Shown one piece after another: positions 52,978-63,340 of a DNA stretch of 64,000 nt. Source of the DNA: Nitrospirota bacterium. Its GTDB lineage: Bacteria > Nitrospirota > UBA9217. Position numbers and translations under genes: made by a program. Under the pieces are notes generated by a model. It ran no database searches and was not told the origin of the DNA. It worked only from the letters and a program-made list of their open reading frames with translations. Position 1 is the stretch's first letter; every line of letters begins with the position of its first letter. The stretch spans positions 10,853 to 74,852 of the forward strand of contig JAOUEV010000009.1 in NCBI GenBank assembly GCA_029858565.1. The letters are read 5' to 3'.

Positions 52978-53643
52978 ATGGAATCGTCAACCCTGTTTTC
53001 GCTCAGACTCTCCCTGCAGGTCGCGGCGGTGGCCACGATTCTCATCTTCGCCGCAGGCGTGCCGATTGCCTATCTGCTGGCCCGTGGGGTCTTTCGCGGC
53101 CGCGAGGTTGTGGATGTGCTGATCACCCTGCCGCTTGTGCTTCCTCCCACGGTAACGGGCTATCTGCTGATCGTGCTCCTGGGCAGGAACGGCATCATCG
53201 GCGGGACGCTGTACCGCTGGACAGGCTGGTCGATCATGTTCACCTGGCAGGCCGCGGTGATCGCCTCTTTCGTGGTGGCGCTGCCGCTCATGGTCAAAAC
53301 AGCCCGCGCCGCCATCGAGACCGTGGATCGGAACCTTATCGACGCATCCGCGACGCTCGGCCATTCGGAACTCTGGACCGTTGTCCGGGTAACGCTGCCG
53401 CTCGCGCAACGGGGCATTGTGGCGGGTCTGGTGCTTGCTTTTGCCCGGGCGCTTGGCGAGTTCGGCGCAACGCTCATGCTCGCGGGCAATATCCCGGGTA
53501 GGACCGATACCATGCCGATCGCCATGTATGCGGCAGCGGCCTCAGGGGATCGGTCCGGCGCCAATGTCATGGTGCTGTTGTTCACGGCCATCTCGGGAGC
53601 ATGTCTGTACGCGGCGAACCGGCTGGGAAGGAGGACCGCATAG
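52978..53643 (+). CDS. modB: Molybdate ABC transporter permease
   Basis: LPLVLPPTVTG, ARALGEFGAT. Confidence 0.95.
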   Translation: MESSTLFSLRLSLQVAAVATILIFAAGVPIAYLLARGVFRGREVVDVLITLPLVLPPTVTGYLLIVLLGRNGIIGGTLYRWTGWSIMFTWQAAVIASFVVALPLMVKTARAAIETVDRNLIDASATLGHSELWTVVRVTLPLAQRGIVAGLVLAFARALGEFGATLMLAGNIPGRTDTMPIAMYAAAASGDRSGANVMVLLFTAISGACLYAANRLGRRTA

Positions 53644-54431
53644 TGGGCCTGTCGGTCTCGATCAGCAAGAAGCTGGGAACATTCTCCCTTGACGCGGAGT
53701 GGGCCGTTGATGACGAACTCGCGGTCCTGTTCGGCTATTCGGGATCGGGCAAGTCGCTGACGCTCCGTGCCGTAGCCGGACTCCTGATACCTGACAGGGG
53801 GACGATCGAGCTGAACGGTCAGATCCTGTTCAGCGGAGATGACGGACGTGTCGTACCCACGCAACTGCGATCCATCGGGTTTGTGTTCCAGGACCTCGCT
53901 CTGTTCCCTCATATGACAGTGGAGGAAAACATCCTTTACGGCGGTCACGGAGTCAGCAGCCGGGAGCGGCAGGAGCGGTGCAGGGACATGGTGCGGCGTT
54001 TTCGGTTAACCGGTCTTGAACATCGTCGTCCCGTGGACCTTTCCGGAGGGCAACGGCAGCGGGTAGCGCTCGCACGGACGCTCATTCGGCGACCGGCGGC
54101 GCTTCTTCTTGATGAACCCTTTTCCGCACTTGATGCCCCTCTTCGGCGTGAGATGCGGGGGCTGCTCCGGGAGGTGCAGCGGGAGCTGCGCATCCCGGTC
54201 GTGCTCGTGACCCATGATCTGACGGAAGCGCTTGAGCTTGCCGACATGCTGATCCTCTATGTCGACGGCAGAGTGGAACAGTGCGCTACGCCTCGCGAAG
54301 TCGTCAAACAACCGGCATCGGGATCCGTGCGCAGGCTCATCTCACCTGAGCTTTTTCAGCACAGGGATAAGCATGACGATAACCAGGAACGAGCGGCAAG
54401 TATACTGCCTATCTGCTGTGCAGGTGCCTAG
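53643..54431 (+). CDS. modC: Molybdate ABC transporter ATPase (no TOBE domain)
   Basis: GYSGSGKS, LSGGQRQR, LLLDEPFSALD, VTHD. Confidence 0.9.
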   Translation: MGLSVSISKKLGTFSLDAEWAVDDELAVLFGYSGSGKSLTLRAVAGLLIPDRGTIELNGQILFSGDDGRVVPTQLRSIGFVFQDLALFPHMTVEENILYGGHGVSSRERQERCRDMVRRFRLTGLEHRRPVDLSGGQRQRVALARTLIRRPAALLLDEPFSALDAPLRREMRGLLREVQRELRIPVVLVTHDLTEALELADMLILYVDGRVEQCATPREVVKQPASGSVRRLISPELFQHRDKHDDNQERAASILPICCAGA

Positions 54432-54492
54432 GAAATGGTCCGGCGGAACCCTTTCAGCTGGAATAAGCTGTTGATTTAGCTGGCCACCGGAT

Positions 54493-54508
54493 TGGCAGCC
54501 TTATTGCT
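54493..54508 (+). promoter_or_regulatory. Sigma54 promoter of the NifB paralog
   Basis: TGGCAGCCTTATTGCT; boxes at 54406 and 54425. Confidence 0.82.
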
Positions 54509-54538
54509 TTTCTCAGGGAAAGGATCCCGGGAGGCAAT

Positions 54539-55216
54539 ATGGTACATGCAAACAGCACAGCGAAAAATTATCCCTGTTTCTCGAACAAAGGGCTGCGGAG
54601 TGATGCTCTGCGCCTGCGGCTTTCCTCGGGATGTAACCTGCAGTGTGCCCGCTGCGCGACAGCTACCGAGCAGGCCGTCAGGCGCTCGCTCGACCGCGCA
54701 GGTATGACGCTTATGACCGAGGCCGGCGCTTTCGATCTCGTCCGGTCCCGCATGGAGGGCAAGGATCGTCCGGCCGTAGTGGAAATCGCAGGCCCCGGCG
54801 AACCGCTTCTCCATGCCGGCACGTATATGTTGATGAGGCAATTGAACACGGCCTATCCCGACCTTCCGGTCTCACTATGGACGAACGGCGTTCTGCTTCC
54901 CGACCGTCTCAAGGAATTGGTAAGGTCGGGATTAAGAAGCATTGTGCTGACCATGAATGCCGTGAGCCAGGATACGGCAGACCGCCTGTACGAATCGGTC
55001 ATCTACCGCGCGAGACGTTACGCAGGCAGGGACGCATCGCATCTCATCTTGCGGCAGCAATGGAGCGGACTTGCGAACGCCGTCGAAGCCGGCATAGCGG
55101 TGACTGTATATGGTGTACGCGTGCCCGGCATCAACGACCACGAAATCGATCGGATCGAATCCAGGGCTCGTTCCCTGGGTGTCGATCAGATACTGATCGT
55201 TGATGCCGATCTCTGA
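54539..55216 (+). CDS. Divergent, shortened NifB-like radical SAM protein
   Basis: CNLQCARC, AGPGEPL, TNG, QWSGL..A.EAG shared with the nifB upstream; lacks ExRP and C-terminal CxxC. Confidence 0.8.
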   Translation: MVHANSTAKNYPCFSNKGLRSDALRLRLSSGCNLQCARCATATEQAVRRSLDRAGMTLMTEAGAFDLVRSRMEGKDRPAVVEIAGPGEPLLHAGTYMLMRQLNTAYPDLPVSLWTNGVLLPDRLKELVRSGLRSIVLTMNAVSQDTADRLYESVIYRARRYAGRDASHLILRQQWSGLANAVEAGIAVTVYGVRVPGINDHEIDRIESRARSLGVDQILIVDADL

Positions 55217-55529
55217 TCCGATCCTGTCTTCCTGTTCCGACGGCTTCATCGGGAGCACGCTGCATGGCATGATATCCCCTGATCCCCATTCTGTCATGCA
55301 GTCGTGCTCTCCTCCCTTCTCCAGGTCAGATCTCATGAATGAAAAGATCAATAATGTAGAACCAATGTGAAGCGCGATATACGCGAGTTATCGCTTCTGC
55401 ACGTTATTTCATCACATGACCAAGAATGATGCTGAAACGGGCGGCCTTTGTGCAGGCTGAAGTCGATGAAATGAACTCCCTCGGACAGAACGCATTGAAA
55501 CTGCGGGGGAACCATCGCGGCGCGCTAAT

Positions 55530-55545
55530 TGGCATAGGCATTGCT
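55530..55545 (+). promoter_or_regulatory. Sigma54 promoter of the porin-like gene
   Basis: TGGCATAGGCATTGCT; boxes at 55398 and 55417. Confidence 0.85.
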
Positions 55546-55671
55546 ATATGTCTAGGCAAGGAAGTTGTTCCAGGCAACATGCAGAAAGACTCCGGAGGTC
55601 TTTCAATTTATGCGGTACTGGACGCGTGAGCGGCCGAAAATAAATCCCGAGGGGACATGAGGAGGATGAAC

Positions 55672-56427
55672 ATGAAGAAGATAGCATTGGTAATGGGTTT
55701 TGTGCTGCTCTGCGGCACCGCGGCGTTCGCAACGCCATCAACGCAGATCTGGATCCCGTCCACGGACATCCAGCCGTTCAAGAAGGTGCATTTCGGTTTT
55801 GATCAGTACATCAAGACGCGGAAGATCGACGGCGCCACCCGCGAAGCGAACGTGATCAACAACGGTATTACGGTAGGGGTGCTGCCCTTTGAAAAAGTGC
55901 AGATGGAGGTTGGTATCGATCAGCGGGCCTATGGCGTGGAGCCGGCCGATTCAGCACCGTACTATTTCAATGCCAAGATCGGCGTTCCCGAGGACGCGAT
56001 GTTCTCCAACTCGCCTGCGGTTGCCGTTGGCGGCTATGATTACGGCACCAAGAAGTTCGATGCGAACACGGGCTTCGGCACGGACTATAACATCACCTAC
56101 GGCCTCCTGGCAAAGACGCTCGGCAAGGCAGGCAGGTTCTCGGTGGGGTACTACCAGGGCAGCGACAAACTCCTGCTCGACAAGACCGGCCAGAAGGACA
56201 GCACCGGGGTGCTCGCTTCCTGGGACCGGACCCTCTCGGAGATCTCGGACAAGCTTTGGGTGGCCGTCGATTACATGGGAGGTGAGAACGGCTACGGCGC
56301 GCTGTCCTACGGCGCTGCCTGGAAGTTCGCGCCGAACGTGGGCGTGATCCTGGGAATGGACAAGTACAACAACGACAATTTCAAGTCGACCTACACCGTG
56401 CAGGTTGATATCGACCTCGATCTGTAA
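55672..56427 (+). CDS. Putative outer-membrane beta-barrel (porin-like) protein
   Basis: Signal peptide (AAFA), Gly/Tyr/Asp-rich amphipathic strands, C-terminal strand YTVQVDIDL. Confidence 0.7.
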   Translation: MKKIALVMGFVLLCGTAAFATPSTQIWIPSTDIQPFKKVHFGFDQYIKTRKIDGATREANVINNGITVGVLPFEKVQMEVGIDQRAYGVEPADSAPYYFNAKIGVPEDAMFSNSPAVAVGGYDYGTKKFDANTGFGTDYNITYGLLAKTLGKAGRFSVGYYQGSDKLLLDKTGQKDSTGVLASWDRTLSEISDKLWVAVDYMGGENGYGALSYGAAWKFAPNVGVILGMDKYNNDNFKSTYTVQVDIDLDL

Positions 56428-56627
56428 TAAATGGGGGATGCATCGCAAGGCCGGTGCATCCCCCTAGCATGATGAAATCCCGGGCATCTGACTCGGATCG
56501 GAAATTATGCCTAAATAGAAGGCACATGAACAGGAGCTGGTCACGGGCACGTTGTTCGGCGGAAAGCGTTGGTAGTTGTTGGCTGAACAAACAGATGAGA
56601 ATCAATGCATTGCACGTTTAGTTCCTA

Positions 56628-56643
56628 TGGCACGTGTGTTGCA
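56628..56643 (+). promoter_or_regulatory. Sigma54 promoter of amtB-glnK
   Basis: TGGCACGTGTGTTGCA, near consensus; boxes TGCCTAAATAGAAGGCA (56508) and TGAACAGGAGCTGGTCA (56527). Confidence 0.9.
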
Positions 56644-56692
56644 AATACACTCGTAATAGCGACAGGGGAACCTGAGCAAGGAGGATCTTGTT

Positions 56693-58045
56693 ATGAAAAA
56701 GTCTATTCAAGGAATTCTGTTTGCGGCAATGGCGGTCATGCTGTTCATGGTCGTCATGACTCCGTTCATCGCAGGCGCCGAGGAAGCAGCGGTACCGGCT
56801 GCCGCGGCTTCCGCGGCAACACCGGCACCGGCTCCGCCGAAGCTCGACACCGGCGACACTGCATGGATGATCGTTGCAACGGCCCTGGTGATGCTCATGT
56901 CCATCCCGGGACTGGCGCTCTTTTACGGCGGCCTGTCCAAGCGCAAGGACTCATTGAACACCATGGCCATGACCTTCGTGACCTTCTGTCTCGCGAGCCT
57001 GCTCTGGGTGATCTACGGCTACAGCATGACCTTTGGCACGGATATCGGCGGGGTGATCGGCGGACTGGAGAAGGCATTTCTCAAGGGAGTCGGAACAGCG
57101 AGCTTGTCCGGTACGATCCCGGAGTTCATCTTCATCGTGTTCCAGCTTACCTTTGCCGCGATCACCGTTGCCCTGGCTTCGGGAGCTTACATCGAGCGCA
57201 TGAAGTTCTCTGCCTGGGTGCTCTTTTCCATCCTTTGGTTTACCCTGGCCTACGTTCCCGTGGCACACTGGGTCTGGGGCGGCGGTTTCCTGATGAAGAT
57301 GGGCGCTCTTGACTATGCCGGGGGAACAGTGGTGCATATCAATGCCGGTATCGCGGCTCTCGTTGGCGCCCTGATGCTCGGCAGGCGCAAGGACAAGGCG
57401 CTCATCCCGGGTAATTTGACCCTTGTGGTGACCGGCACCGGACTTCTGTGGTTCGGATGGTTCGGGTTCAACGCGGGAAGCGCATTGGCTGCCAATGGCC
57501 TTGCAGGCGTGGCCTTCATCAACACGAATACCGCTGCCGCGGTAGCGGCGCTTTCCTGGATGTTCGTGGAGTGGATGCACTCGGGTAAACCTACGGTCCT
57601 TGGTCTTGCTTCAGGCGCGGTTGCCGGTCTCGTGACCATCACCCCGGCTGCCGGATTCGTGAACATTTCCGGCGCCATCATCATGGGGATCCTGGCCGGC
57701 GTTGTTCCGTTCTTCTCGGTCGCCTGGATGAAGCCCAAGTTCAAGTATGACGACACGCTGGACGCTTTCGGCATCCACGGGGTTGGCGGGATACTCGGCG
57801 CGGTGCTGACCGGAGTTTTCGCGGACCCGGCCATCAATGAAGCCGGTAAGGGTCTCTTGTACGGCAATGCCGGCCAGCTCTGGACACAGATCGTCGCGTC
57901 ACTGGTCACGATCGCCTACAGCGGAGCGGTTACGCTCATCATCTTCCTGGTGCTCAAGTACACGGTCGGCCTCCGGGTGGATGCTGAAGAGGAGACCATG
58001 GGCCTTGATGAGAGCGAGCATGGGGAGAGGGCGTACAACATCTAA
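56693..58045 (+). CDS. amtB: Ammonium transporter AmtB
   Basis: DYAGGTVVHINAG, WFGWFGFNAGS, DDTLDAFGIHG (twin-His intact). Confidence 0.97.
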   Translation: MKKSIQGILFAAMAVMLFMVVMTPFIAGAEEAAVPAAAASAATPAPAPPKLDTGDTAWMIVATALVMLMSIPGLALFYGGLSKRKDSLNTMAMTFVTFCLASLLWVIYGYSMTFGTDIGGVIGGLEKAFLKGVGTASLSGTIPEFIFIVFQLTFAAITVALASGAYIERMKFSAWVLFSILWFTLAYVPVAHWVWGGGFLMKMGALDYAGGTVVHINAGIAALVGALMLGRRKDKALIPGNLTLVVTGTGLLWFGWFGFNAGSALAANGLAGVAFINTNTAAAVAALSWMFVEWMHSGKPTVLGLASGAVAGLVTITPAAGFVNISGAIIMGILAGVVPFFSVAWMKPKFKYDDTLDAFGIHGVGGILGAVLTGVFADPAINEAGKGLLYGNAGQLWTQIVASLVTIAYSGAVTLIIFLVLKYTVGLRVDAEEETMGLDESEHGERAYNI

Positions 58046-58051
58046 AGAAGT

Positions 58052-58467
<416 letters not shown>

Positions 58468-58495
58468 GTCGCAGGAGCATACAATAAGTGCGAAG

Positions 58496-58538
58496 AAAAA
58501 GCGCCCGGGAGGATTATCCTTCCGGGCGTTGCTTTTTT
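58496..58538. terminator. Terminator between glnK and the convergent gene
   Basis: AAAAAGCGCCCGG...CCGGGCGTTGCTTTTTT. Confidence 0.8.
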
Positions 58539-58652
58539 GCATCATAAAATAGACGGATTTGCCGCAGGATGCACGAGTATACTCCTGAGATTCTTTCTGT
58601 GCATTATATGGCTGTTGGTTTTCTTGAAACTTACAGGCGGGAGGATTCGGTC

Positions 58653-59096
58653 TCACACTTCGATCTTGATGATGATCTTGTGGATCTCGCGGTCGGAGAT
58701 CAGCGGAAGGTGGGCATCGGAGGGGTAAAATACCGTGAAGGCGCCGGGATTGACCGTGATCCAGGAGTCGGGCTCATCATCAAAGAACCGGATGTCCTTG
58801 TCAGCATCATAGGGTCCTGCGGGTCTTGTGCAGGTTGCTGCGGGTCTCCAGCCCATTTCATCCTTGCCGGAAATCACATACTGAATGTCAATGTACCGCT
58901 GGTGGGTTTCTAACTTGCCTTCGGACCGTTTTCTGCCGGGACCTTTGGAGCAGATGGCATAGATCCTGTCGCCGTCGATTTCGTGCCTTCCTGCAGGGAG
59001 GTCAGCAAGATCAGGCCGGGCCAGGAAAGCGAAGGCTTTCCTGAAACCGGCCTGGGAAGTGTAACGATCGGAGTTGCTCAGGGTATCAAGGACCAT
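58653..59096 (-). CDS. YhcH/YjgK/YiaL (NanQ/TabA-like) family protein
   Basis: ETHQRYIDIQY, YDADKDI, FYPSDAHLP motifs. Confidence 0.92.
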   Translation of the reverse strand: MVLDTLSNSDRYTSQAGFRKAFAFLARPDLADLPAGRHEIDGDRIYAICSKGPGRKRSEGKLETHQRYIDIQYVISGKDEMGWRPAATCTRPAGPYDADKDIRFFDDEPDSWITVNPGAFTVFYPSDAHLPLISDREIHKIIIKIEV

Positions 59097-59109
59097 AGGA
59101 AAAGAGTTC

Positions 59110-59595
59110 CTACATCCTGGATGCAACGAGCTTGGAGATGGCTGTAAGCTGATCAAAGGGAATGAGCGTTTTGCTCTCGTTCTTCGGGTCCAGATGGGTC
59201 GTCACCGCGGCGTAGTAGTTTCCCTTCACGAAATTGATGGTGTACTGGGGCGGATAGACCGGGCTGCTGAATGCGTCGCTGCCGATGCCGGGAACGGCGC
59301 CTTTGTTGTATTCCGTGTCAGCCTTGAACTGGTCGTAGACAAAGGCGGGGCGGAACTGGATCATCAGGATCGGCTGGCCGTCGCTTCGGACGAAGTTGAT
59401 GTCCCCGGTCAGGAGTTTGTTCTCGGTATATCCCGGAGCGGCCTTGTCGCGGGGAACCTTTTTCACGCCTGTGAGGCCGGTTGCTTTTTCCACGTCAGCA
59501 GCTGAAATGATATTGTCGAACTGTCCCGCGGAAACGCTGGAGAACAGACCTGCCAGGCAAACGATGATGACCGCACTGATGAGCCGTTTAAGCAT
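59110..59595 (-). CDS. Hypothetical secreted protein
   Basis: Signal peptide, RBS, 161-aa ORF in operon-like spacing. Confidence 0.7.
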   Translation of the reverse strand: MLKRLISAVIIVCLAGLFSSVSAGQFDNIISAADVEKATGLTGVKKVPRDKAAPGYTENKLLTGDINFVRSDGQPILMIQFRPAFVYDQFKADTEYNKGAVPGIGSDAFSSPVYPPQYTINFVKGNYYAAVTTHLDPKNESKTLIPFDQLTAISKLVASRM

Positions 59596-59732
59596 TCCTT
59601 CTCTCCCCCTTGGACCTGTGAAGTGGATTGATCTGTACCGCTTTTGCGTCGGAAGATAACACGTTCTGACAGGATTTGCAACGGGGAAAAAGGCGGGGTG
59701 TAGTCAAGTGCCGGCGCGGCCGGCCGGGAACA

Positions 59733-60737
59733 TCAGCCGCGGATGAGGATCTCGCGCAGCCGGTCGGCATATGCCGTGCTCGCGCTGTCGCCGGTCCTGA
59801 TCTCGATGTCCTCAGGCCGCGTGACGCCAAGACCTATCTCCGCCGCCCGGGCGATCTGCTCCTGTTCAAAGATCTTTCTGGTCATGATCTCCCTGGTGCT
59901 GCCCAGGTCCTTGAGCATGGCAACGCCGACCGCGTCAATGGCAACGCGGTCCGATCCCGCAATGATCGCATCTGCCCGCTTGCGCGCGCCCCGGCCCGGT
60001 CCGCCGTCGACAAAGGCTTCGATGGCATCGAGGACAACGAGAGCCGGGGTGTAGGCCTGGTTGATCTCGGCGATCATGTTGCGCATGCTGAGGAAGGAGG
60101 AATGCAGCTCGGCCATGTTCCGTTTTCTGGTAACGCCCACGGAGAGCTTCAGGGACATGGTGAATACGCCGCCGTAGGCATGGGTCTTGAGGCAGCAGGT
60201 GGTCACGATGCACGGGGACTCCATGACCGGCCGCGCAACGTCGAATCCGTTCAGCCAGCTGCTCTGCTCCGGTTTGACGCGCACCCAGTCATGGTCCGCC
60301 AGGTCCTCGAAGTTGATGATGTCCACGCCGAGCTTCCTGCACAGATCGTAGACCCCCTTGTCCGCCATCACTTCCGCCGTGTCCGGAGGACCGCTCCGTT
60401 CGCCGATGGTGATATGTTCGGCGCCCATGCGTTTCAGGTGGTTGATCAGATGGGCCAGGGTGTCGTTGTGTGTTGAACCGGGATAGGTGTCGGCGGTATT
60501 GAAGTTCGGTTTGAGAAGGACTTTTTTCCCCTTGACCGGGTTGATCTTGAGAAGGTCAATGGCAGATGCAATGCCTGTCGTGCGGTCTTCGGTCTTGACC
60601 AGAGAAATGACCGCTTTTTGTCCGCTCTTTTCCTTCTTCGATGCCATAGCGCTCTCCTGTTCTTTCGGTGCTCCTGGCCCTGCGGCAACAAAAGCAGCTC
60701 CGGCTGCAAGGGTTATCAGAAAATGCCGTCTGTTCAC
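59733..60737 (-). CDS. DUF362-family protein with Tat-like signal
   Basis: NRRHFL twin-arginine leader; VLLKPN, LKTH, SLKLSVG, DRVAID DUF362 motifs. Confidence 0.88.
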   Translation of the reverse strand: MNRRHFLITLAAGAAFVAAGPGAPKEQESAMASKKEKSGQKAVISLVKTEDRTTGIASAIDLLKINPVKGKKVLLKPNFNTADTYPGSTHNDTLAHLINHLKRMGAEHITIGERSGPPDTAEVMADKGVYDLCRKLGVDIINFEDLADHDWVRVKPEQSSWLNGFDVARPVMESPCIVTTCCLKTHAYGGVFTMSLKLSVGVTRKRNMAELHSSFLSMRNMIAEINQAYTPALVVLDAIEAFVDGGPGRGARKRADAIIAGSDRVAIDAVGVAMLKDLGSTREIMTRKIFEQEQIARAAEIGLGVTRPEDIEIRTGDSASTAYADRLREILIRG

Positions 60738-60949
60738 GGATTCTTCCTGAGTATGACCGCTCCTGCCCTCCAGTATAACATGACCAGTGCCTTGTATCAT
60801 GGCATGCTGCGGTATCCTGCCCGTATTTTACGCATATGCCTAAAAGAACGCCATGGATGACCGCCAAATGAGCAGGTCAGCGAGCTTTGTCCCGGGCAAG
60901 AACAGCGATAAATCAATGTGTTCACTGCTGATGAATAATTAGTCTTTTG

Positions 60950-60965
60950 TGGCATGTGCTTTGCT
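60950..60965 (+). promoter_or_regulatory. Sigma54 promoter of the second amt
   Basis: TGGCATGTGCTTTGCT; boxes at 60818, 60837 and 60858. Confidence 0.85.
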
Positions 60966-61009
60966 TAGAAAATAGCGTTGTGATGATTTTACGCTCACTT
61001 GCAGGAGGG

Positions 61010-62338
61010 ATGAGGAAGATGTTCCGATCGAGAATGAACCGGTCGTTGATGATCCTTGGGGCGCTGATGTTGTTCCCGGCCATGGCATGGGCAGAAGGGG
61101 CTCCAGGTGCTCAGAAGATCGACTCCGGCGATACCGCCTGGATGCTCATATCCACGGCGCTGGTCATGCTCATGACGCCGGGTCTGGCGCTGTTCTACGC
61201 CGGCATGGTGCGAAGGAAGAACGTGCTTGGGACGCTGATGCACAGCTTTATCGCGATAGCTCTGGTGAGCGTCCAGTGGATCCTGATCGGTTATTCCCTG
61301 GCTTTTGGACCGGATGTGAAAGGGATCATCGGCAGCCTGGACTGGGCCGGACTCTCCGGTGTGGGACTCGCACCGAACCCGGATTATGCCGCCACGGTGC
61401 CTCATCTCGCGTTCATGGCCTACCAGATGATGTTCGCGGTGATCACGCCAGCGCTGATCAGCGGTGCTTTTGCCGAACGGATGAAATTCTCGGCCTACCT
61501 GGTCTTCGCTCTTCTCTGGACCACGCTGGTCTACGATCCGGTGGCTCACTGGGTCTGGGGAGTCGGAGGCTGGATGCGCCAGATGGGCGCCCTCGATTTC
61601 GCAGGCGGCATCGTGGTCCACGCGACCTCGGGATTCTCGGCTTTGGCGGCCGCGCTCTTTATAGGAAAGCGGAAAGGGTTCCTGCAGGAGGCAATGCCGC
61701 CCCATGATCTGCCCATGACCGTTCTTGGCGCCGGTCTTCTCTGGTTCGGCTGGTTCGGATTCAATGCTGGAAGCGCGCTCGCCTCCGGCGAACTGGCTGT
61801 CATGGCCTTTGTAACGACCCATACGGCCGCTGTCGCCGGCACGCTCACCTGGACGGTCGCTGAATGGGTCCATCGCGGCAAACCGACAATGTTCGGCGCC
61901 GCGACCGGCGCCATCGCCGGACTGGCCACCATCACGCCGGCGGCAGGTTTCGTCGGCCCCATGCCCGCGCTGGCCATCGGCGGAGCGGCCGGGATCCTGT
62001 GCTACACGGCGCTGAACGCGAAAACAAAGTTCCGTTATGACGATTCACTTGACGCATTCGGCGTTCACGGCGTTGGAGGCACGATCGGCACGGTGATGGC
62101 CGGAATGTTCGCCTCTGTTGCCATCAACCCAGCAGGAGCGAACGGGCTCTTCTTCGGCAACAGTCATTTGCTTTCCGTGCAGGTACAGGCGGTCTTCCTG
62201 GTGGCAGCCTATTCATTTATTGTGAGCCTGGCGCTGTTCAAGATCATCGATATGACTATGGGCATCAGGGTGACGAAGGACGAGGAGACCGAGGGGCTGG
62301 ACCTGACGCAGCATGGGGAAGCGGGGTATACGCACTAA
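61010..62338 (+). CDS. amt: Second ammonium transporter (Amt family)
   Basis: DFAGGIVVH, WFGWFGFNAGS, DDSLDAFGVHG. Confidence 0.96.
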   Translation: MRKMFRSRMNRSLMILGALMLFPAMAWAEGAPGAQKIDSGDTAWMLISTALVMLMTPGLALFYAGMVRRKNVLGTLMHSFIAIALVSVQWILIGYSLAFGPDVKGIIGSLDWAGLSGVGLAPNPDYAATVPHLAFMAYQMMFAVITPALISGAFAERMKFSAYLVFALLWTTLVYDPVAHWVWGVGGWMRQMGALDFAGGIVVHATSGFSALAAALFIGKRKGFLQEAMPPHDLPMTVLGAGLLWFGWFGFNAGSALASGELAVMAFVTTHTAAVAGTLTWTVAEWVHRGKPTMFGAATGAIAGLATITPAAGFVGPMPALAIGGAAGILCYTALNAKTKFRYDDSLDAFGVHGVGGTIGTVMAGMFASVAINPAGANGLFFGNSHLLSVQVQAVFLVAAYSFIVSLALFKIIDMTMGIRVTKDEETEGLDLTQHGEAGYTH

Positions 62339-62340
62339 TT

Positions 62341-62504
62341 AGTGCGGAGTGCGGAATGCGAAGTGCGGAGCGAGACCGAACAACAAGATCGAAAGACCAA
62401 AATTCCTCTCCTGTCAAGGTGAGAGGTTGGGTGAGGGGTGGTAACGGGTTTGGCATTTGTATGTAAATTCCGCACTCCGAACTTCGCATTCCGCACTCCG
62501 CACT
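62341..62504. repeat. Large inverted heptamer element (AGTGCGG / CCGCACT) between convergent genes
   Basis: agtgcggagtgcggaatgcgaagtgcggag ... ttccgcactccgaacttcgcattccgcactccgcact, near-perfect complementary arms. Confidence 0.85.
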
Positions 62505-62507
62505 GAT

Positions 62508-63095
62508 TCACTGGCATCCCGCCTGCTGCTTCATTGCTTTAAGATACTCGTTCTCGGGATCAGGGTCTTTCACGGGAGTCTCTGACGCGGCCGCGAGGGC
62601 TTTCTGGTGTTCCGAATGGTTGGAGATGCTCAGGTCAAAGGCTTCGCAGGCTTCGGGCATATTATTCATCAGCAGGAACGTCTTTGCCATGCCTGCGTAC
62701 ACCTCGGACAGGGCGTCAAAGCGCCGCAGTTTCGCGAACAGGACCTCGGCGGCCCTGAGATAGCGGATGGAGTTCTCGTACCGCGCGTCAAAGGCGGCAT
62801 CCCGGTCCAGGAAACCATCATCCCGGTAATGGGCCTCGAACCTGCCCACGGCCGTTGATCGGAAGAAGAGGCCGTATTGCCGGTAGGATTCGGCGAGGCC
62901 GGCAAGGTCCTTTCTCGTGACCGCAATGGTCATGGCATCACGGATAAGCTGTTCAGCATGTACCGGATCGCTTTCACTGCTGTAAAGTTCTGCGGCCTGG
63001 CGCAGCATGAGCGCGGGATCGTCTGAAGATCGGCTCCCGAGCGTGGCACAGCCGGCCAGTGAGATAACAAGAAAAATGACGGGGAATTTTCTCAT
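62508..63095 (-). CDS. Hypothetical helical (TPR-like) lipoprotein
   Basis: Lipobox LAGC; alpha-helical repeat-like sequence. Confidence 0.72.
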   Translation of the reverse strand: MRKFPVIFLVISLAGCATLGSRSSDDPALMLRQAAELYSSESDPVHAEQLIRDAMTIAVTRKDLAGLAESYRQYGLFFRSTAVGRFEAHYRDDGFLDRDAAFDARYENSIRYLRAAEVLFAKLRRFDALSEVYAGMAKTFLLMNNMPEACEAFDLSISNHSEHQKALAAASETPVKDPDPENEYLKAMKQQAGCQ

Positions 63096-63300
63096 GGGAG
63101 AAGGCAGCCTTCTTTAAGGCTTCTGGAGGAGTGTACCTCCCATTCTCAGGGAATGCAAGCTGAATAGAAAATGGTGAACAGAAAATGGTCACCTGCTCAA
63201 AGTCAGGGCCGGCTTGCACCGGCATGGAGGGCGTTTATTTTGATCATGCAACAATACCTAATGCTGTCAGGATGTTAGATTCGATGTGTTTTGGCCGATG

Positions 63301-63316
63301 TGGCATTGGACTTGCT
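63301..63316 (+). promoter_or_regulatory. Orphan sigma54-like promoter facing the 3' end of the EamA gene
   Basis: TGGCATTGGACTTGCT with boxes TGAACAGAAAATGGTCA (63175) and TGCTCAAAGTCAGGGCC (63194). Confidence 0.6.
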
Positions 63317-63340
63317 TGATCAATAGGAGATGATAGCTTT

